A stretch of DNA of 64,000 bases from Malacoraja senta (taxonomy: Eukaryota). Under the pieces are notes generated by a model. That model had not been told where the DNA came from. It saw nothing but the letters and a program-made list of their open reading frames with translations, and searched no databases. The position numbers were made by a program, and so were the translations under genes. The stretch lies in contig CM075990.1 in the NCBI GenBank assembly GCA_038087875.1, positions 14,634,001-14,698,000 of the forward strand. Reading direction: 5' to 3'. Below, in pieces: positions 1 through 14,074 of this stretch; the stretch's first letter is position 1, and the number at the start of each line of letters is the position of its first letter.

Positions 1-994
1 GTCAGGAGAAATTGATTGCAAGTAATTAAAAATGATCCACTTAGGACAACTGTACAGTTTTGTTCCTTTGATTGTTCAATTCCCAAAGGTTTTGGCATCG
101 TTCTTCTCTTGTAGTTCAAGGTATCTAGATGGTGTCATTATTCATAATGTCACATTGCATTGTTCTGGCTTGAAAGCAGCAATTTGAAATAGACTAACGC
201 ATGGATTACAATGGAACTTGTGCAATTATATATACAAAAAAAAAGACAAATATCTCTTGAAGAATAGAAGAACTTAAAACGCATGCACGCCACAAGCTGC
301 ATAAATGGTAACAGGCCCCGCTAATGCCATTATTGTGGTGCAGAAATATATAAATATTGTAATTATACGGTATGCATCAAAACTGATGTACACACATTAT
401 AATTCTGTGTGTTGTGTATATACTTGTGTAACAAGAGCACATAACTGTCATCCTTGGAATTAAATGGGATCAGCAATGCACTTCACTGAAGTCTTCCAGC
501 ATCTTTAATTTCAGCAGCATTGATGGTTTCTGACTCAAGGCGGAATGCAATGACACTGAGACATTTCATACTAGTTCTTAAATCCATTTCCAAAGCTATT
601 AATTTGAAGAGCATACATTTGGATTGCAGTGCAACGTTCACACATTCTTAAATTATTAATGCACTTTTACATTAAACTTGTTTTCTATTTGTCTGGTCAT
701 GCAAGCTTCATAACAAATTTTCTTAACACTATGACTGCGGAGTAACGCAGAACATATTTATTTTCTAAATCTGTTTATATTTGTAGTAAATAATTTTCTC
801 AGTTGCATAGTGTCACCAGTGTGACAAATCTGTGCCACAACTCATCATATTGCGTCTAAAAATGAGAAGAAATAATATGGTGAATATTCTGGGTTATAAT
901 AAATCACATCATGACAAGGTGACAAGAAGAAAAAAAGCAATATATTAGTATAAAAGTGCAAAGTCCTCAGTGCAGCCAAAACCGTTTGTACTCC

Positions 995-1410
995 ATAGAT
1001 TAGTTAGTATTTTGTAGTGTTCAGCAGCCCAATGGTTGTTGGAAAGAAGTTGTTCTTAAACCTGTTGTTCACTTTTTTCAGACTCGTATACTTTCGTCCT
1101 GATGGTAGGAGTGAAATGAGAGTGTGGCCAAGATGGTATGGATCCTTGATGTTGGCTGTCTTTTTGAGGCCACCATCCCTTCAATGATGTGGAGGTCAGT
1201 AGCCATGATGGACAGGGCACAGTACACCACCGTTTGCAATCTCCTTCATTCCTAGGTATTCGAGTTGCCGATCAAGGCCATGTTGGCCCAGTCAATATGC
1301 TCTTTACCATACACCAGTAGAGGTTCAAGAGAGTATTCATCAAGATAGTAAATCTTCTCAATCTTCTAACTAAGTAGAAGTATTGATGGACTTACTTTAT
1401 GATTGTATCA
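995..1410 (-). mobile_element. Old Rex1/Babar fragment
   Basis: The reverse strand carries degraded remnants resembling PHSH..LLPSG..YE.LK....RF.NNFFPT.I.LLN. Confidence 0.6.
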
Positions 1411-2697
1411 TAAAGCAATGAGAGAAATTACAGGCATAGTGTTTTTTCTTTTGGAGATGTTGATCAATGTATATTGGCTGGAAGTCTGCTTCTCAGAAGA
1501 TAGAATAGAATCTTATGCATTGAAGAAATTGATAGCTTCTTGGACTAATGCATAATTCCAAGAATGGTGATCTGATAATTCTTCAACCATGAAAAATAAT
1601 GCATGTCCACTTTGAGCATGATTGAGGTTCTGATGTTCACCCATCCAAGATACTGTATAAATGCTGGCACGAATGCTCAAAAAGTTTGTTTGTTTGTGCA
1701 ATCTTCAGCAATTGCCAAAGGAATAGTTTGCAGAGAAAGCATGTTGATTGGAGACGAGGGAGGAGATGATGACTGGAGAAGCCTATCGGTGTGAGTTGGA
1801 ATTAGTTCATTGGGTCTGAGAGGAGGCAGTGGAGACAGGGAAGGGCATTGAAACTGTGACGTGCACATTTGGCAATAAGTAGGAGTCAGTGCCAAATCAG
1901 AAATAACTTAATTTTGATTCAGAAATTTTATGTATTATCCTAGAATGTGATTGTATCCTAAACGTTATACATTTTTTTCTAAATTGCCTGGATTGCTTGC
2001 AAATAATAAATTAATTACTTTGCAATTACTAAAGATAAATTAGTTTCCAATGATCAAGGCTAATTATCCATAAACATTATTTACAAACTCATTGTCCCTT
2101 AATCTCCTGAAGGTAAACTAAAAGATAAAGAATTATCTATTAGACTAATATAAACTCATTCAGTGTTATTTTTTAATTCCAATTAGATATTTTTAGAAAT
2201 GTGATATCAATTCACAAACAAAAGCTGGGCAAAAGCATTCTTAGTTTCATCCCATTTTATTATATCTCTTATTTCTACAATAAAATCATAAGGTATGTAT
2301 TTGAGTGACTAGTTTTGCCAGAGTTAAATTGTACCAATGGTATCTTATTTCTATCAATCCATATTTGTCCTTCTGCCATAAAACTATGAAAGATAAATTA
2401 ATTATGTTGTAAATGAGAAGCATAGTTCCTGAAACCTTCAAAATATTTTTATTTAGGATGGAAGTAAATGCATTTCTTTCATTTCAAGAAAATATTTCTT
2501 CTGCAACTCAATATTTCATCCAACCTATCATCCTTCCTAGATCTTTGATTTATTTCCAGTCAATTTTACTTTTGCTTCCAGTGCCTGAAAGAATTGACAT
2601 CAGGCTGAACATTTGATTCCATAGAGCCATGTTTTTGCATGCTTTGCAATTTGCATCCAATGAAAAATCCTTGATTCTGGAAAATCAGAGCTTAGAG

Positions 2698-2974
2698 CAG
2701 TGATGGGGAACCTGCGGCCTTAAGGCCATTAAGTGCGGCCTTTTGAATGAATCCAAATTTTGTAGAACAAATCCTTTTATTTTTATTAATATGTTTTTGT
2801 TCGTCTTTTATTATTTAAATTTTAATCTTAAAACAAACGTATTTAAAATACCAAAGAGTAAAAGAAGATTCAACAAAATAATACTATATCTAATTGAAGT
2901 TTCTTGGATGTGGCCTTATTAGATTACAGCTAACTTAATGCGGCCTTCCAACATGAACAGGTTCCCCATCCCTG
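2698..2974. mobile_element. hAT (Charlie-like) MITE
   Basis: TIRs CAGTGATGGGGAACCTG / CAGGTTCCCCATCCCTG, 8-bp TSD GCTTAGAG / GCTTAAAG, AT-rich core. Confidence 0.88.
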
Positions 2975-3089
2975 GCTTAAAGCAAGGTGCATGACGCCAT
3001 TGTGGTCATCATGTTCATTGCTGGGGTGTTGTGCTCCATCCATTCTAACACACAGAAGAGCTCAGGTATCTGCTGTGGTGTTCAATTCA

Positions 3090-3520
3090 CTTCCAGGATT
3101 TTCACTGAGAAGTTCCTGAGTGGTTTGGGCCTCTCGTGTTGGAGCCACCTTTCACCCTGCTTTTGCTGGCACATTCAGCATCATCACTCCCCCGCTGGGA
3201 AGAAGATACAAGAGCTTGAAGCATAAAAGATAAAAGCATCCTCACTCTTATCACAATGGTCCTCTTATAACCTTATAGACCCGATCTCCCAACCTACCTC
3301 ATTGCATACCTTGCGCTGTAAAAAAAAATTGCACTTTCTCTAACTGTAATGCTAAAACACTGTGGCTCCTATATTCTGCACTCTGTTATTTATTTCTTGG
3401 CACTAGTTGTGGTCCTTATACATGGCTTGATTGTACTCGTGTAGAGTATAACTTGACTGGCAAGCACACAGACAAAGCTTTTCACTGTGTCTTGATACAC
3501 ATGACAATAATAAACCAAAC
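3090..3520 (+). mobile_element. Old Rex1/Babar 3' end
   Basis: Shares the 3' UTR motif GCTTTTCACTGT..TACACATGACAATAATAAA with 9130-9450, 11660-11750 and 34250-34455. Confidence 0.6.
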
Positions 3521-4364
3521 GAAACAAAGGGAGTTGGGCTAAATAGGTCCCAGTCTGTGGAACTAGTGTTGAGAATCCCTTAACTAATGTCATGACAGCA
3601 TTGCCTATGGCCCTGCAGCCCATTCCCACCCCACCATCTATTGCCCTGTCATTGCTCATACTGTATATAACATTTGCTCACAAGCTGCACAAAACCCCAT
3701 TTACACACTATTACTGGCACCATTCAGTGACCAGGATCTCCTGTTTGGAATTTTATTTCATTTCTCCCATTTAATGTGAAATTATTTTTTGATCTGGAGT
3801 CATAAATTTACAAATAATTTGACGTTACAAACTTTTTTCATCCAACAGCAATTTAATTCTGACTGACATGAGGATGTATTTACTTAATGACAACACTTTA
3901 TAGCATGAATGACAACCACAACATCAAAATGATATGTTGGATATCTGTGGTTAATACCTCTGCCGTTATCAATTAGATTTCCAGATGAAAGATTAAGATC
4001 AACTCCATTACTAGGAATGAATTTTATATGCTCTTGTTTTGCAAGATTAATTTCAGACCTATAGTTTGTTCTCTAGTTATTTCTGGAAAGATGGAGATGC
4101 AAGGATCTGCAGATGCTGGTTTACAAAAATAGACACAAAGTACTGGAGTAACTCAGAGGGTCAGACAACATCTCTGAGAACATATATAGGTGATATTTCG
4201 GGTTGGGACTCTTTCCACCCAAAATGTCATCTGTCTCTTCCCTCCACCTGTTGGGTTCCTTCAGCACTTTGTATTTTACAGTGAGACAATAGCTATTTTC
4301 AACTGTTGTATTATTTACATGATCTTGTATGAGTGTTTACAAAAATCAGCATGTTTGGTTTACA

Positions 4365-4640
4365 GAAACAGCAGGAAATGGGCCCTTCGGCCCACTGAGT
4401 CCATGCTGACTAATAATCACCCATTCACAATCATTCGATCCTACAAACTAGGGACAATTTACAGAAGCCAATTAACCTACAAACCTGCACGTCTTTGGAA
4501 TATGGGAGGAAACCGGAGAAAACCCTCGCCGTCTCAGGGAGAACGTACAAACTCCGTACAGATAGCACCCGTAGTCAGGATCAAACCCGGGTCTCTGGCG
4601 CTGTAAGGCAACAATCTACCCCTGCATCACTGTGCCATCC
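4365..4640 (-). mobile_element. V-SINE copy
   Basis: Reverse complement of the same SINE family. Confidence 0.8.
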
Positions 4641-5849
4641 TAAGTATGCATGAGTAAAGTACAAGTATATGTAAATGTTATTTTATGTTAAATTAATTTT
4701 AAGTAAATAGCAAGGTGTGATAAAGTAGCACGGTCAACATGATTAACAATCAGGATTATTAACAGCCATAACTCGCAGAGCTGATTTATTAACATTTTGG
4801 TTGGTTCATCAATAAGGGACAAACAAATCATTACACAATGGTAATTGAAGATAAATGGAAAAACAAAACTAAAATGAGTGAAATGAAAAATTAAGATATA
4901 TGTAAGGTTTGTGGTCTTAATATGATTTAAATATTAAGCTACCCTATCCTTTTGTCTCTGTGATGAACAAAGATAAAACAATGGAATTATTGACAAAAAA
5001 AAAGCATATTTGAAAGGAGTCCTGATACTGACCGTTTCAGTAGAGAAATAGCTGATGATATGCCAGCCTAGAACTGATATGTTTGCAGTTGGCAGCTCAT
5101 TTGGAGTCCACAACTATCAGATTCATCTTGAAAAAAATCCAGCCGTAAAATAGATTGGGCTTCACACTGGCACTGAAGGCCAACCAATTTTCTCTGCTAA
5201 GACGTCAAAAAAACTTTTCAAATCTAACACAAATTCTATGAAGGGTCTATGGTCTGAAACTTTTCTCTTTCCGCAGCTGCTGCCTGACATGCTGTGTTTC
5301 TATTTTTGTTTCACTTTTCCTTGTTCTCCAACTGCCCAATCATGAAGATGCACTTGGAGGCACAAGAGACTGCGGACGCTGGAATATTGAGCAAAGAAAC
5401 AACCAGCAGGAGGAACTCAGCAGGCCAGGCAGCATCCGTGGAAGGAAATGGACAGGAATCTGGAGAAGGGTCCCAACTTCAAATGCTCTCTGTTTGTTTT
5501 CCTCTACAGATGCTACCTGATCCGCTGAATCCCTCCAGCGTGGAGACACAAAAGACTGAAAATGCTGGGAAGGGAATGGACAGACAACATTTCAGGTCGG
5601 GCAGGCTGTTTCCTGATTAAGATGTACTTGCAATTCTAATTTTGTCTTTTTCCAGGGGTGGTGGTGGAGGCAAATAGAGGTGTTTAAGGGTCTGTCAGTT
5701 AGGCACATACTGTAGAGATCTTGGGAATGCAGGTGTATGGATCATGTGTAGGCAGATGAGATTAGTTTACCTTGGAAATATGTTCAGCACAAACATTTTG
5801 TGCCAAAGAGGCTGTTCCTATGCTGTACCATTCAGTATTCTATATCCTA

Positions 5850-6252
5850 GACTCAGCTGAAACAATCTAGCAGTGTTAATATTGCCTTCTCTATCTTCAA
5901 GTGACCCTTGCTTTCTCTCTCTCTCTCTCTCTCACTCTCTCTCCATCCCTCCCCCATCCTAGTCCTCTGACCAGGCTGACTGTCCTGATTACATCGTTGT
6001 CACCTTCCCCTCACTAAGAATGAATCAATCTATATTTTCCTCGATCTCCATCCCATTTGATCTCTAGATTTCACACCTTACCCTTCCATATCCCTCGTTC
6101 CCCTCTCCCCTGACTCTCAGTCTGAAGAAGGGGCTCAACCCAAAACATCACCCATTCCTTCTATCCAGAGATGGCGCCGGTTAACCTGAATTACTCCAGC
6201 ATTTCGTGTCTATCTTCGGTGTAAACCAGCAACTGAAGTTCCTTCCTACGCA
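5850..6252 (+). mobile_element. Penelope-like element 3' remnant
   Basis: Degraded PLE C-terminus, CT-rich tract and the same ~125-nt terminal module. Confidence 0.65.
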
Positions 6253-7959
6253 TTTTACTTTGACTAGTTGCCTCTGAGTCATTACATGATGTGTATTTCT
6301 CCCTGGATGGAGGGGAAAGATCCAACCCGTGGAGGATAGATTAGAAAGCATCCATTTGTGTGGAGGCAATGCTCTCAGAAAGGAGCTGGTGCTGCCGGCA
6401 ATAAAATTTCATGATGACTTAGTCAGATATATTGCAAGCTCCTGGATGGCCAAGATGGATGGGTTGCAGAACAGTTTTATTGTACGAAATGCAAAGCTGT
6501 CTCTTTTTAAATGCTGCCCATGCTATTATTCAATAGTTGTTTCAGAGCTAACATTATGCCAACCACACATGTTTAGAGAGCAGCAGCCAGTCAAATGTTT
6601 TTCTCCCTGTTTGGTATGCTCCTTGATTATAAGCATAATTAGAAACCTTGTTAGGATATTCCTTTTCGTGGAAAACTGATGTTTAAAACTGCAGAAAGTG
6701 GGTGTTGGCTGTCATCTCTAGCTGAATTATCTGCTATGTACTAGCTTTATTACCATACATCCCAGGAGTTATGGTTAGGATTAATCTGTCAAAAGGGATG
6801 TTTTTGTGTTGATGAATATGACATGTGACTATTAATGATGTTGATTTTATCTCTTGAGATTAGCATGATTTAGTTCAGATGGGTAATAATGTCATTTGGT
6901 TGATGTAGTATATCTGTTTACGAGCTGATTAAATTGTAAGACCTTGCTTCATTTCATGCTATTTGGTTTACAGCTTCATTACTGCAATCACAAAAGCTGT
7001 GGAAATGTCTCACATCTTATGTCACAATAAATCATTGTTTAAGATTGCTGCGTGTTTAAAGAGCCGCATTACACTTCATAGAAGCCCATACATTTCTCAA
7101 CAAAAATATTTATTAAGAATTCATTTACCAATATAATTTCCAGTAGTTGGACCTTAATAGTGCTCTTTAATATTGCTGCACTGCACAATATACACAATCA
7201 GTTATGAGATAATTGGTAAAATAAGAAAAACTGGTTGAGACATTCTTTTGAAAAAAGGCATTATGTGCTATGCCTTGCACAGCGATGATTTGTGGTGTGA
7301 GTGATAACTCAATGATTCTACTGTAGGTTGCCATTTGAGCAACTATGAAATAAGGTTCCAACCAACCATTCTCTTTTAGATTTACTGGAGGAAAATAAGA
7401 TTTCTCTGCACGATTATGGAACATACTTCTCTGAAAGATGTCTGCTGAAATGAAAACCTGTATTGCAGTAAACCATTATCATACTATTGTTTTTTAAATC
7501 AGTATTATAACCAGGATTCCTGTTTTTGCTAAGTTTCTTCATACTAGAATTTTTCTAGCATGACTCTTTATTTCCACCCAGTCTGCCCAGTTAATTAATT
7601 CTTATTGACTTTTTTTTGGTTAGTTTTGTGGTGATTTAAATTTTGGGTACATTTTGGAGCCAGTCAAAGTTTTTAATTTAAATGTGAAGTAAAAAATGTA
7701 ACTGATTTTAGCAGGACCTGACTTCTCATGAGTTGATTGCACAGTGCAGATGGGATAGGTAATCGGTATGATTTATGCTCTGCGCTGTGGTAGATAATCT
7801 CATGTGGAGCAGTGATAGAGATGCTTCAGTTAGCTTCAATATCCTGGGCAGGAGAAGGGAAAAAACAGTTCCTGTTACGGATTATCGTGTCAGGACTCGT
7901 GTGAGAAGAATACATTGCAGACATTGTTCAAATATAATTCAAGAATATGGGGGGGGGGG

Positions 7960-8262
7960 GGCACAGTAGCACAGCGGTAGAGTTGCTGCCTTACAGCGCT
8001 TGCAGCGTCGGCGACCCAGGTTCGATCCCGACTATGGGTGCTGTCTGTACGGAGTTTGTACGCTCTCCCTGTGACCACGTGGGTTTTCTCCGAGATCTTC
8101 GGTTTCCTCCCACACTCCAAAGACGTACAGGATTGTAGGTTGATTGGCTTGGTATAAGTGTAAATTGTCCCTAGGGTAGTGTTAATGTGCGGGGATGGCT
8201 GGTCAGTGCAGACTTGGTGGGCTGAAGGGCCTGTTTCAGCTCTGTATCGTTAAACTAAACTA
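7960..8262 (+). mobile_element. tRNA-derived V-SINE (HE1-like)
   Basis: tRNA-like head with B box GGTTCGATCCC, V-domain GGAGTTTGTACG..GGTTTCCTCCCAC, CR1-like 3' end and TAAAC tail. Confidence 0.85.
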
Positions 8263-9129
8263 TCTCCTTTGGTTCATCAATGAACTGGCAGCCACAAACA
8301 AGGTTTTGAAGTGTTTATACATGGAGGTTCTAAAGTTTGATGGTGGACATTAGAACATTTATTGGTGCAAAGCCAACAAATTATGTTTGGAGACACAAGG
8401 AACTGCGTATGCTGGGATCTTGACAATTCAGGTTGGGACCCGTATTCAGATGTGGCCGAACCTAAAACATTGTCTATCCATTCCGTCCCCAGACACGACC
8501 TGACCCACTGAGTTATTGCAGCACTTTGTGTTCAGCTCAGCCTTTGTTGGGGTGTATACTTGCATCAAGAATTAAATATTTCATCACACCGCATACAGAT
8601 TAAATTCAAAAGGAAAGCAAGTGTGATACTGGTTGGTTGAGATCAACTGTGCCAGAGAGCTGGCATCTTGATATTTCACCTTTTCAGAGTGGATAGATAC
8701 AGTTTTAGAGCATTCACATATTATTTGCCAGCTCTTCTGCAAGTAATTAGAGTAATTTATTAAAGATAACAGCTGGCAATAGCAATTAGAGTTGCTGATG
8801 GAACTCTGGACTGGCATATATCATCCACGATTCGGAAACCCTTTTAGATTCAGGTACTGGTAGAAATTTCCATACCTCAGAGGCTAAGAAAACATTAGCA
8901 TTCTAACAACATCGTAATGAAAAGAGAAAACTAATTTCTACGTATGTGACGTATGAGGAATTATCACCAAATTAAATCAAGGATTTTGAACGTTTTAAAA
9001 TAAGTGAGATATTCACATATAATGCATATCTGTTGCAGTAATTTGATTTATTTATCAGTCTGCAAGTGATGCAGGGTCTTAAACTCTTCCCAATCATTCC
9101 CTCCTCCCCCCTCTCCTGCCAGACAGAAA

Positions 9130-9455
9130 ATACAAAAGCTTGAAAGCACATACAACCAGGTTCAGGAACAGCTTCTCCCCTGCTGTTATCAGACTACTGA
9201 ATGGTCCTCCCACAAACTAGAGTGTAATCCCAATCTCCCAATCTACCTCATTACAGACTTTGCACTTTTTTACCTGCACTTTCTATTTCATTGTAATTTT
9301 ATAATGCTATAACACTGTATTCTGCATACTGGTATTTTTCTCTTTGTACTACCTGTTTGGCTTGATTGTACATGTGCATAGTATGATTTGACTGGATGGT
9401 ATGCAAAGAACCTTTTTCACTTTCTCAGTACACATGACAATAATAAATCAATCCC
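9130..9455 (+). mobile_element. Old Rex1/Babar 3' end
   Basis: KSLKAHTTRFRNSFSPAVIRLLN followed by the same 3' UTR. Confidence 0.7.
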
Positions 9456-11784
9456 AATATCAAATGTCAGCAAAGGCCACTCATTTCCACAGTTTGCTTC
9501 AAGCCATTTGTCATAGAGCACTCTGTGGTGGCATTGGGTTTTTGGTTACCAGGTTTGTAATCCAGTACAAATTCCACTGAGCCAGCTATGAAATCATAAT
9601 TCAATTATCAATCTGGAGTTTTAAACAAACCTATTCATATGTGAAAAAGACACAAAACATTGACTTGTTACAAATATTCTTCTGGATCAATAATACATTT
9701 CAGGGCAAGAAATTTGTCATCCATCTCCAGGACCACAATTATGGTTGATTCCGAGATGACTGCACCAATTCTGGTTTAAATCCTGCAATTCCCATTACAA
9801 GAGTGTTTTGGGAGTCCCTTCACCAGAAGTACCACAACAGTTCAAGAAGGCAGCTTGGTTCGCAATGGACAGTAAAAACTGGGTTCACGCGTGATGCTTA
9901 GGCCCTGAAAATGAATAAACACAATTCTAGTCTGAAGAAGGGTTTCGACCTGAAACGTCGCCCATTCCTTCGATCCAGAGATGCTGCCTGTCCCGCTGAG
10001 TTACTCCAACATTTTGGGTCTATCTTTGGTGTAAACCAGCATCTGCAGTTCCTTCCTACTCATCCTCGTAATCTATTTGTTTGCTAACTTTCCCCTTTTT
10101 TTTCGGATCATTATATTCACTTGTTATCACTGTTTGCTCTCAAATGATTTTGAAGCCTTTTATTACCATTTTCAATGTCAATGTTTTGAGTTTTGCTCCA
10201 TGCAAGTGAGCAAATGTACCTCATGTACCTCATGCTGGGTTACAATTACTGCTAACTGGTGGGTCAATTGAAAAATGCTGGATCAAATTGAGTCATAATA
10301 GAGTTACACCCTGGCAGATTGAAGCATGGAATTTGGGATCTGCTGGAGATTAGCAGTGGGCATGTCTGATCTTTTTGACCCACCTCTGCACTTGCCACCA
10401 TGTGCTGAACCATAGCATGACCAGGACTATGTGCAATCTGACTCTTTGACAATGCTTGACCCTGTGCTTTCCTCATGGTTGCGCTCACTGTTTGTGGCTG
10501 ACGGTTCTCTTGAAGGTGGAAACCTGTCCTGTGAGATGGAGTGGGCCATGGTCGGTGTTAAAGCCTCGCAATCCTGACCCCTGCCCCTTTGGTCCTTTGA
10601 CAGCTTACTGCTGTAAAAGGCCTTTGACCTGAATCTGGTGGCCTGGTGGGAGGTCAGATGTGCCATATTTAGGTTGTGCTTGGATCAGTACTTCTTAATA
10701 ATTGTAGTGAACTAGAAATTGCACTGAACAGAATTATATTTTCATGCATGAGCACATCTACTTAGTGGAGAGATATGCATGATGTAATAAGGCAACGTGT
10801 GCCTTTTTAATGCTCATGACTTATGTCAATAAATATTTAATGATGTACTGCTGTTCTTCCTCCTTTCTACTGTTGTCAGAATGAGAATGAATGTTGGACA
10901 TTTATTTCCCAATGAGTAACCAGTGCTCTTTCGCAATATTGATAATCTGTGGACAGGACTGTGAACAGTTTGATAGACATAAAAAAGCTGCAGTAACTCA
11001 GCGGGTAAGGCAGCATCTCTGGAGAGAAGGAATGGGTGACGTTTTGGCTCAAGACCTTTCTTCAGACAGTTTGAGTTTCTTGCTTAAGAAAAAAAATTGC
11101 GATTATGAAATTCTAACCTATGATTAGTTTGATTCTGCTGTTTAGATAACTTGCATATCATTGCATTCTTTTTACTTCAGATCAATGAAGCAATTTTTAA
11201 ATCATATTTTACTTTATGTTCTTAACGTGGCAGTAGCACCAAAAAAAGCCCTCTCAATCTTGATGACAACATGCAGTATTATGCAGAGAATTAGCAACTT
11301 GGACTCGTCAGCCTGTGCAAACTAAAGCAACTGGGTCATGGTTTATTGGTCACAAAATGACTTGTTTAAGTTGAACAGGAGCACACTTACCAATCTAAAC
11401 TTAAATAAAAATTGCAAATTGCTCCATTACATGGCTTCTTGACTTTGGCAATTGGACTATTTGCCAGTTAAATTCATTTTGAATTACTTTATCGGTAATT
11501 TCTTAATACTTGTAATGCAAAAGTAAAATAAATAATATTGTGCAAATAATTTTAATTCCCCAATTTCAATTTCTATTTATCAGCAATAAAATCTGTCATG
11601 GGAAAAAAAAATCCAGCATTGTACTGTTTAAACCCAGTGCAGAATGAGGTCTGCATATGCATGAATGTATATTATATCTGATCTGCTTGGATAGCATGCC
11701 AAACAAAGCTTCTCACTGTCTCTTGGTACATGTGACAATAATGAACCTAAACGTAAGCCTAAATCAATCAAAACCGTAGCTCCA

Positions 11785-12162
11785 TATAGAAACATATAAA
11801 ATTCTTAAAGGATTGGACAGGCTAGATGCAGGATAAATGTTCCCGATGTTTGGGGAGTTCAGAACCAGTGGTCACAGTTTAAGAATAAGTGGTAGGACTG
11901 AGATGAGGAAAAACTTTTACACCCAGAGAGTTGTGAATCTGTGGAATTCTCTGCCACAGAAGGCAGTGGAGGCCAATTCACTGGATGTTTTCAAGAGAGA
12001 GTTAGATTTAGCTCTTCAGGCTAACGGAATCGAGGGATATTGGGGGAAAAAGCAGGAATGGGGTACTGATTTTGGATGATTAGCCATTATCATATTGAAT
12101 GGCGGTGCTGTCTCAAAGGGCCGAATGGCCTACTCCTGCACCTATTTTCTATGTTTCGATGT
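11785..12162 (+). mobile_element. CR1 LINE 3' fragment
   Basis: TSGHSLRI..FYTQRVVNLWNSLPQKAVEA, with the same 3' UTR as 50300-50898. Confidence 0.88.
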
Positions 12163-12779
12163 GGTTTAGAACTAGTCATTTTCTTAATTTTCCTCACTCA
12201 GCTCCAATAATCTTCCTACAGGTGGAGCAAATACGCAGGGTGTTCAATTCTATTGTCTCCACTCCAGAAGCAAGGTCACTCCAGCCTTTGATCAACAGTA
12301 CACAGTGGATAGTTGTATATGTACATGAGCTCCATCATCACTGGCTCATGTGTAGAGGCATGTGAGATAGTGGGTTTGGCACTAGACAAAGCTCCAACAC
12401 AATCCCTTTCCACTGCACAACATTGCCACTTCTACACGTCTCTATCTCTAAAATGAGACGTTGCTCTCCCTGATGAGATGATGCCACAGTTCTGGCCTGG
12501 ACCTTTTTCTCCCAGTTAATATTCATGTCACATTTTGAAGGTGTCCTTAAATGTTTTTCCTCTGGCCCCTTCAAATCCTTGCTCCCTAATTAAACAGTCA
12601 GCGGGACGAAGGACCAGTTTCCACGCTGTATCTCTAAACTAAAGATGCTGCTCGACCTGCTGAGGATTTCTAGCATTTTTGTTTTGTATGCTGCTTTGTT
12701 CGTTAAAGAAAGTGAGTGAACACACTGGGCAGTTACATCCAGATTACTCTTATGGGTGTGCCATTCCTTACTGAGAGAC

Positions 12780-13268
12780 ATCAAGTCATACAGCATGGAA
12801 ACTGATCCTTCAGCCCAGCTCGTCCCCGCTGACTAAGATGCTCCATCTAAGCCAGTCCCATCTGCCTGTGTTTGGCCCATATCCTTCTAAACCTTTGTTA
12901 GCTTTATACCTGTCCAAATGTCTTTTAGATGTCTTTTATAGTACCTGCTCAACTACTTCCTCTGGCAGCTCATTCCATAAACCCACCACCCTCTGAGAGA
13001 AAATCTGAAGAAGGGTTTCGGCCTGAAACGTTGCCTATTTCCTTCGCTCCATAGATGCTGCTGCACCCGCTGAGTTTCTCCAGCACTTTTGTCTACCTTC
13101 GATTTTCCAGCATCCGCAGTTCTTTCTGAAACCCTCTGAGAGAAAATGTTGCACCTCAGGTTCTTATTAAACCTTTTCCCTCTCACCTTCAAGCCTTGTC
13201 CTCTGGTTCTCCATTCCCCTACTCTGGATAAAAGACTCTATGCATTCACCATATCCATTCACCTCATG
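12780..13268 (-). mobile_element. CR1 3' fragment interrupted by a Penelope-derived short repeat (13005-13130)
   Basis: KVRGKRFNKNLR..FSQRV. A 17-bp TSD ACCCTCTGAGAGAAAAT flanks the insert. Confidence 0.82.
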
Positions 13269-14074
13269 TGGTTAAAAAGAGCCGTATACAAATTTGGTTG
13301 CAACACCTTTCCTGTTTTTTTTTCTTTCTTCTGGCTGGTAGTTAAGCAGAATGGTTCAAATATGAAATTTCTGGAGTGCATAAGACAGTGTTAACTTCTC
13401 CAAATGTCAGCTTTTAATCTTTGGAAAATATTATGGAATGTACGGAAGATTAGCCAGACATTGTGATCCGTGCAGAATCAAAAATATGAAAAGGAATGTT
13501 CTGATGCCCTGTAAAAGGGTTTTTGGAAATTACAGGCCCAGAGTTGGAATATAAGGGTGGCCTTCTTGGATTATTCCAACATATAAGGACGAGAAAGAGC
13601 AAGGTTTAACAAATATATATATTTATTTTATTAGAAGCAATTGTATAAAGAGAAAGTAATCGCAAGGATTTGAGTGATTTGTATGATTAAATGGTATTGG
13701 GAAGAGGGTTAGAAACATATGGTTCTGCAGATGCTGGAGTCTTGAGTAAAACACAAAGTGCGGGATAGCTCAGTGGGTCAGGCAGCATCTGTGGAGGACA
13801 TGGGTAGCCAATGTTTTGGGTCAGTCTGGAAGATGGTTTCCAATTGAATGTCATCAGCACTTTACAAACATTTTATAACAGGAAGGTAGATAGTGGAAGG
13901 AACTGGAGTGAAAGGATATGAAATCCATAAGGTAGGGATGAGGTACATGAGGTTAGGATTATTGCAACATGGGAGATCAATGTCAAAAGTAAATAGGTTG
14001 AACAGTGAATTTCCATACACTAATATCAAAGTACTAAACAAATGCAATTTACGAGAGCAGGGCCAAAGTCTTTG

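Noticed and set aside
7960..8035. tRNA genes at SINE heads
   Set aside because: The tRNA-like boxes continue directly into V-SINE bodies and form no proper cloverleaf.
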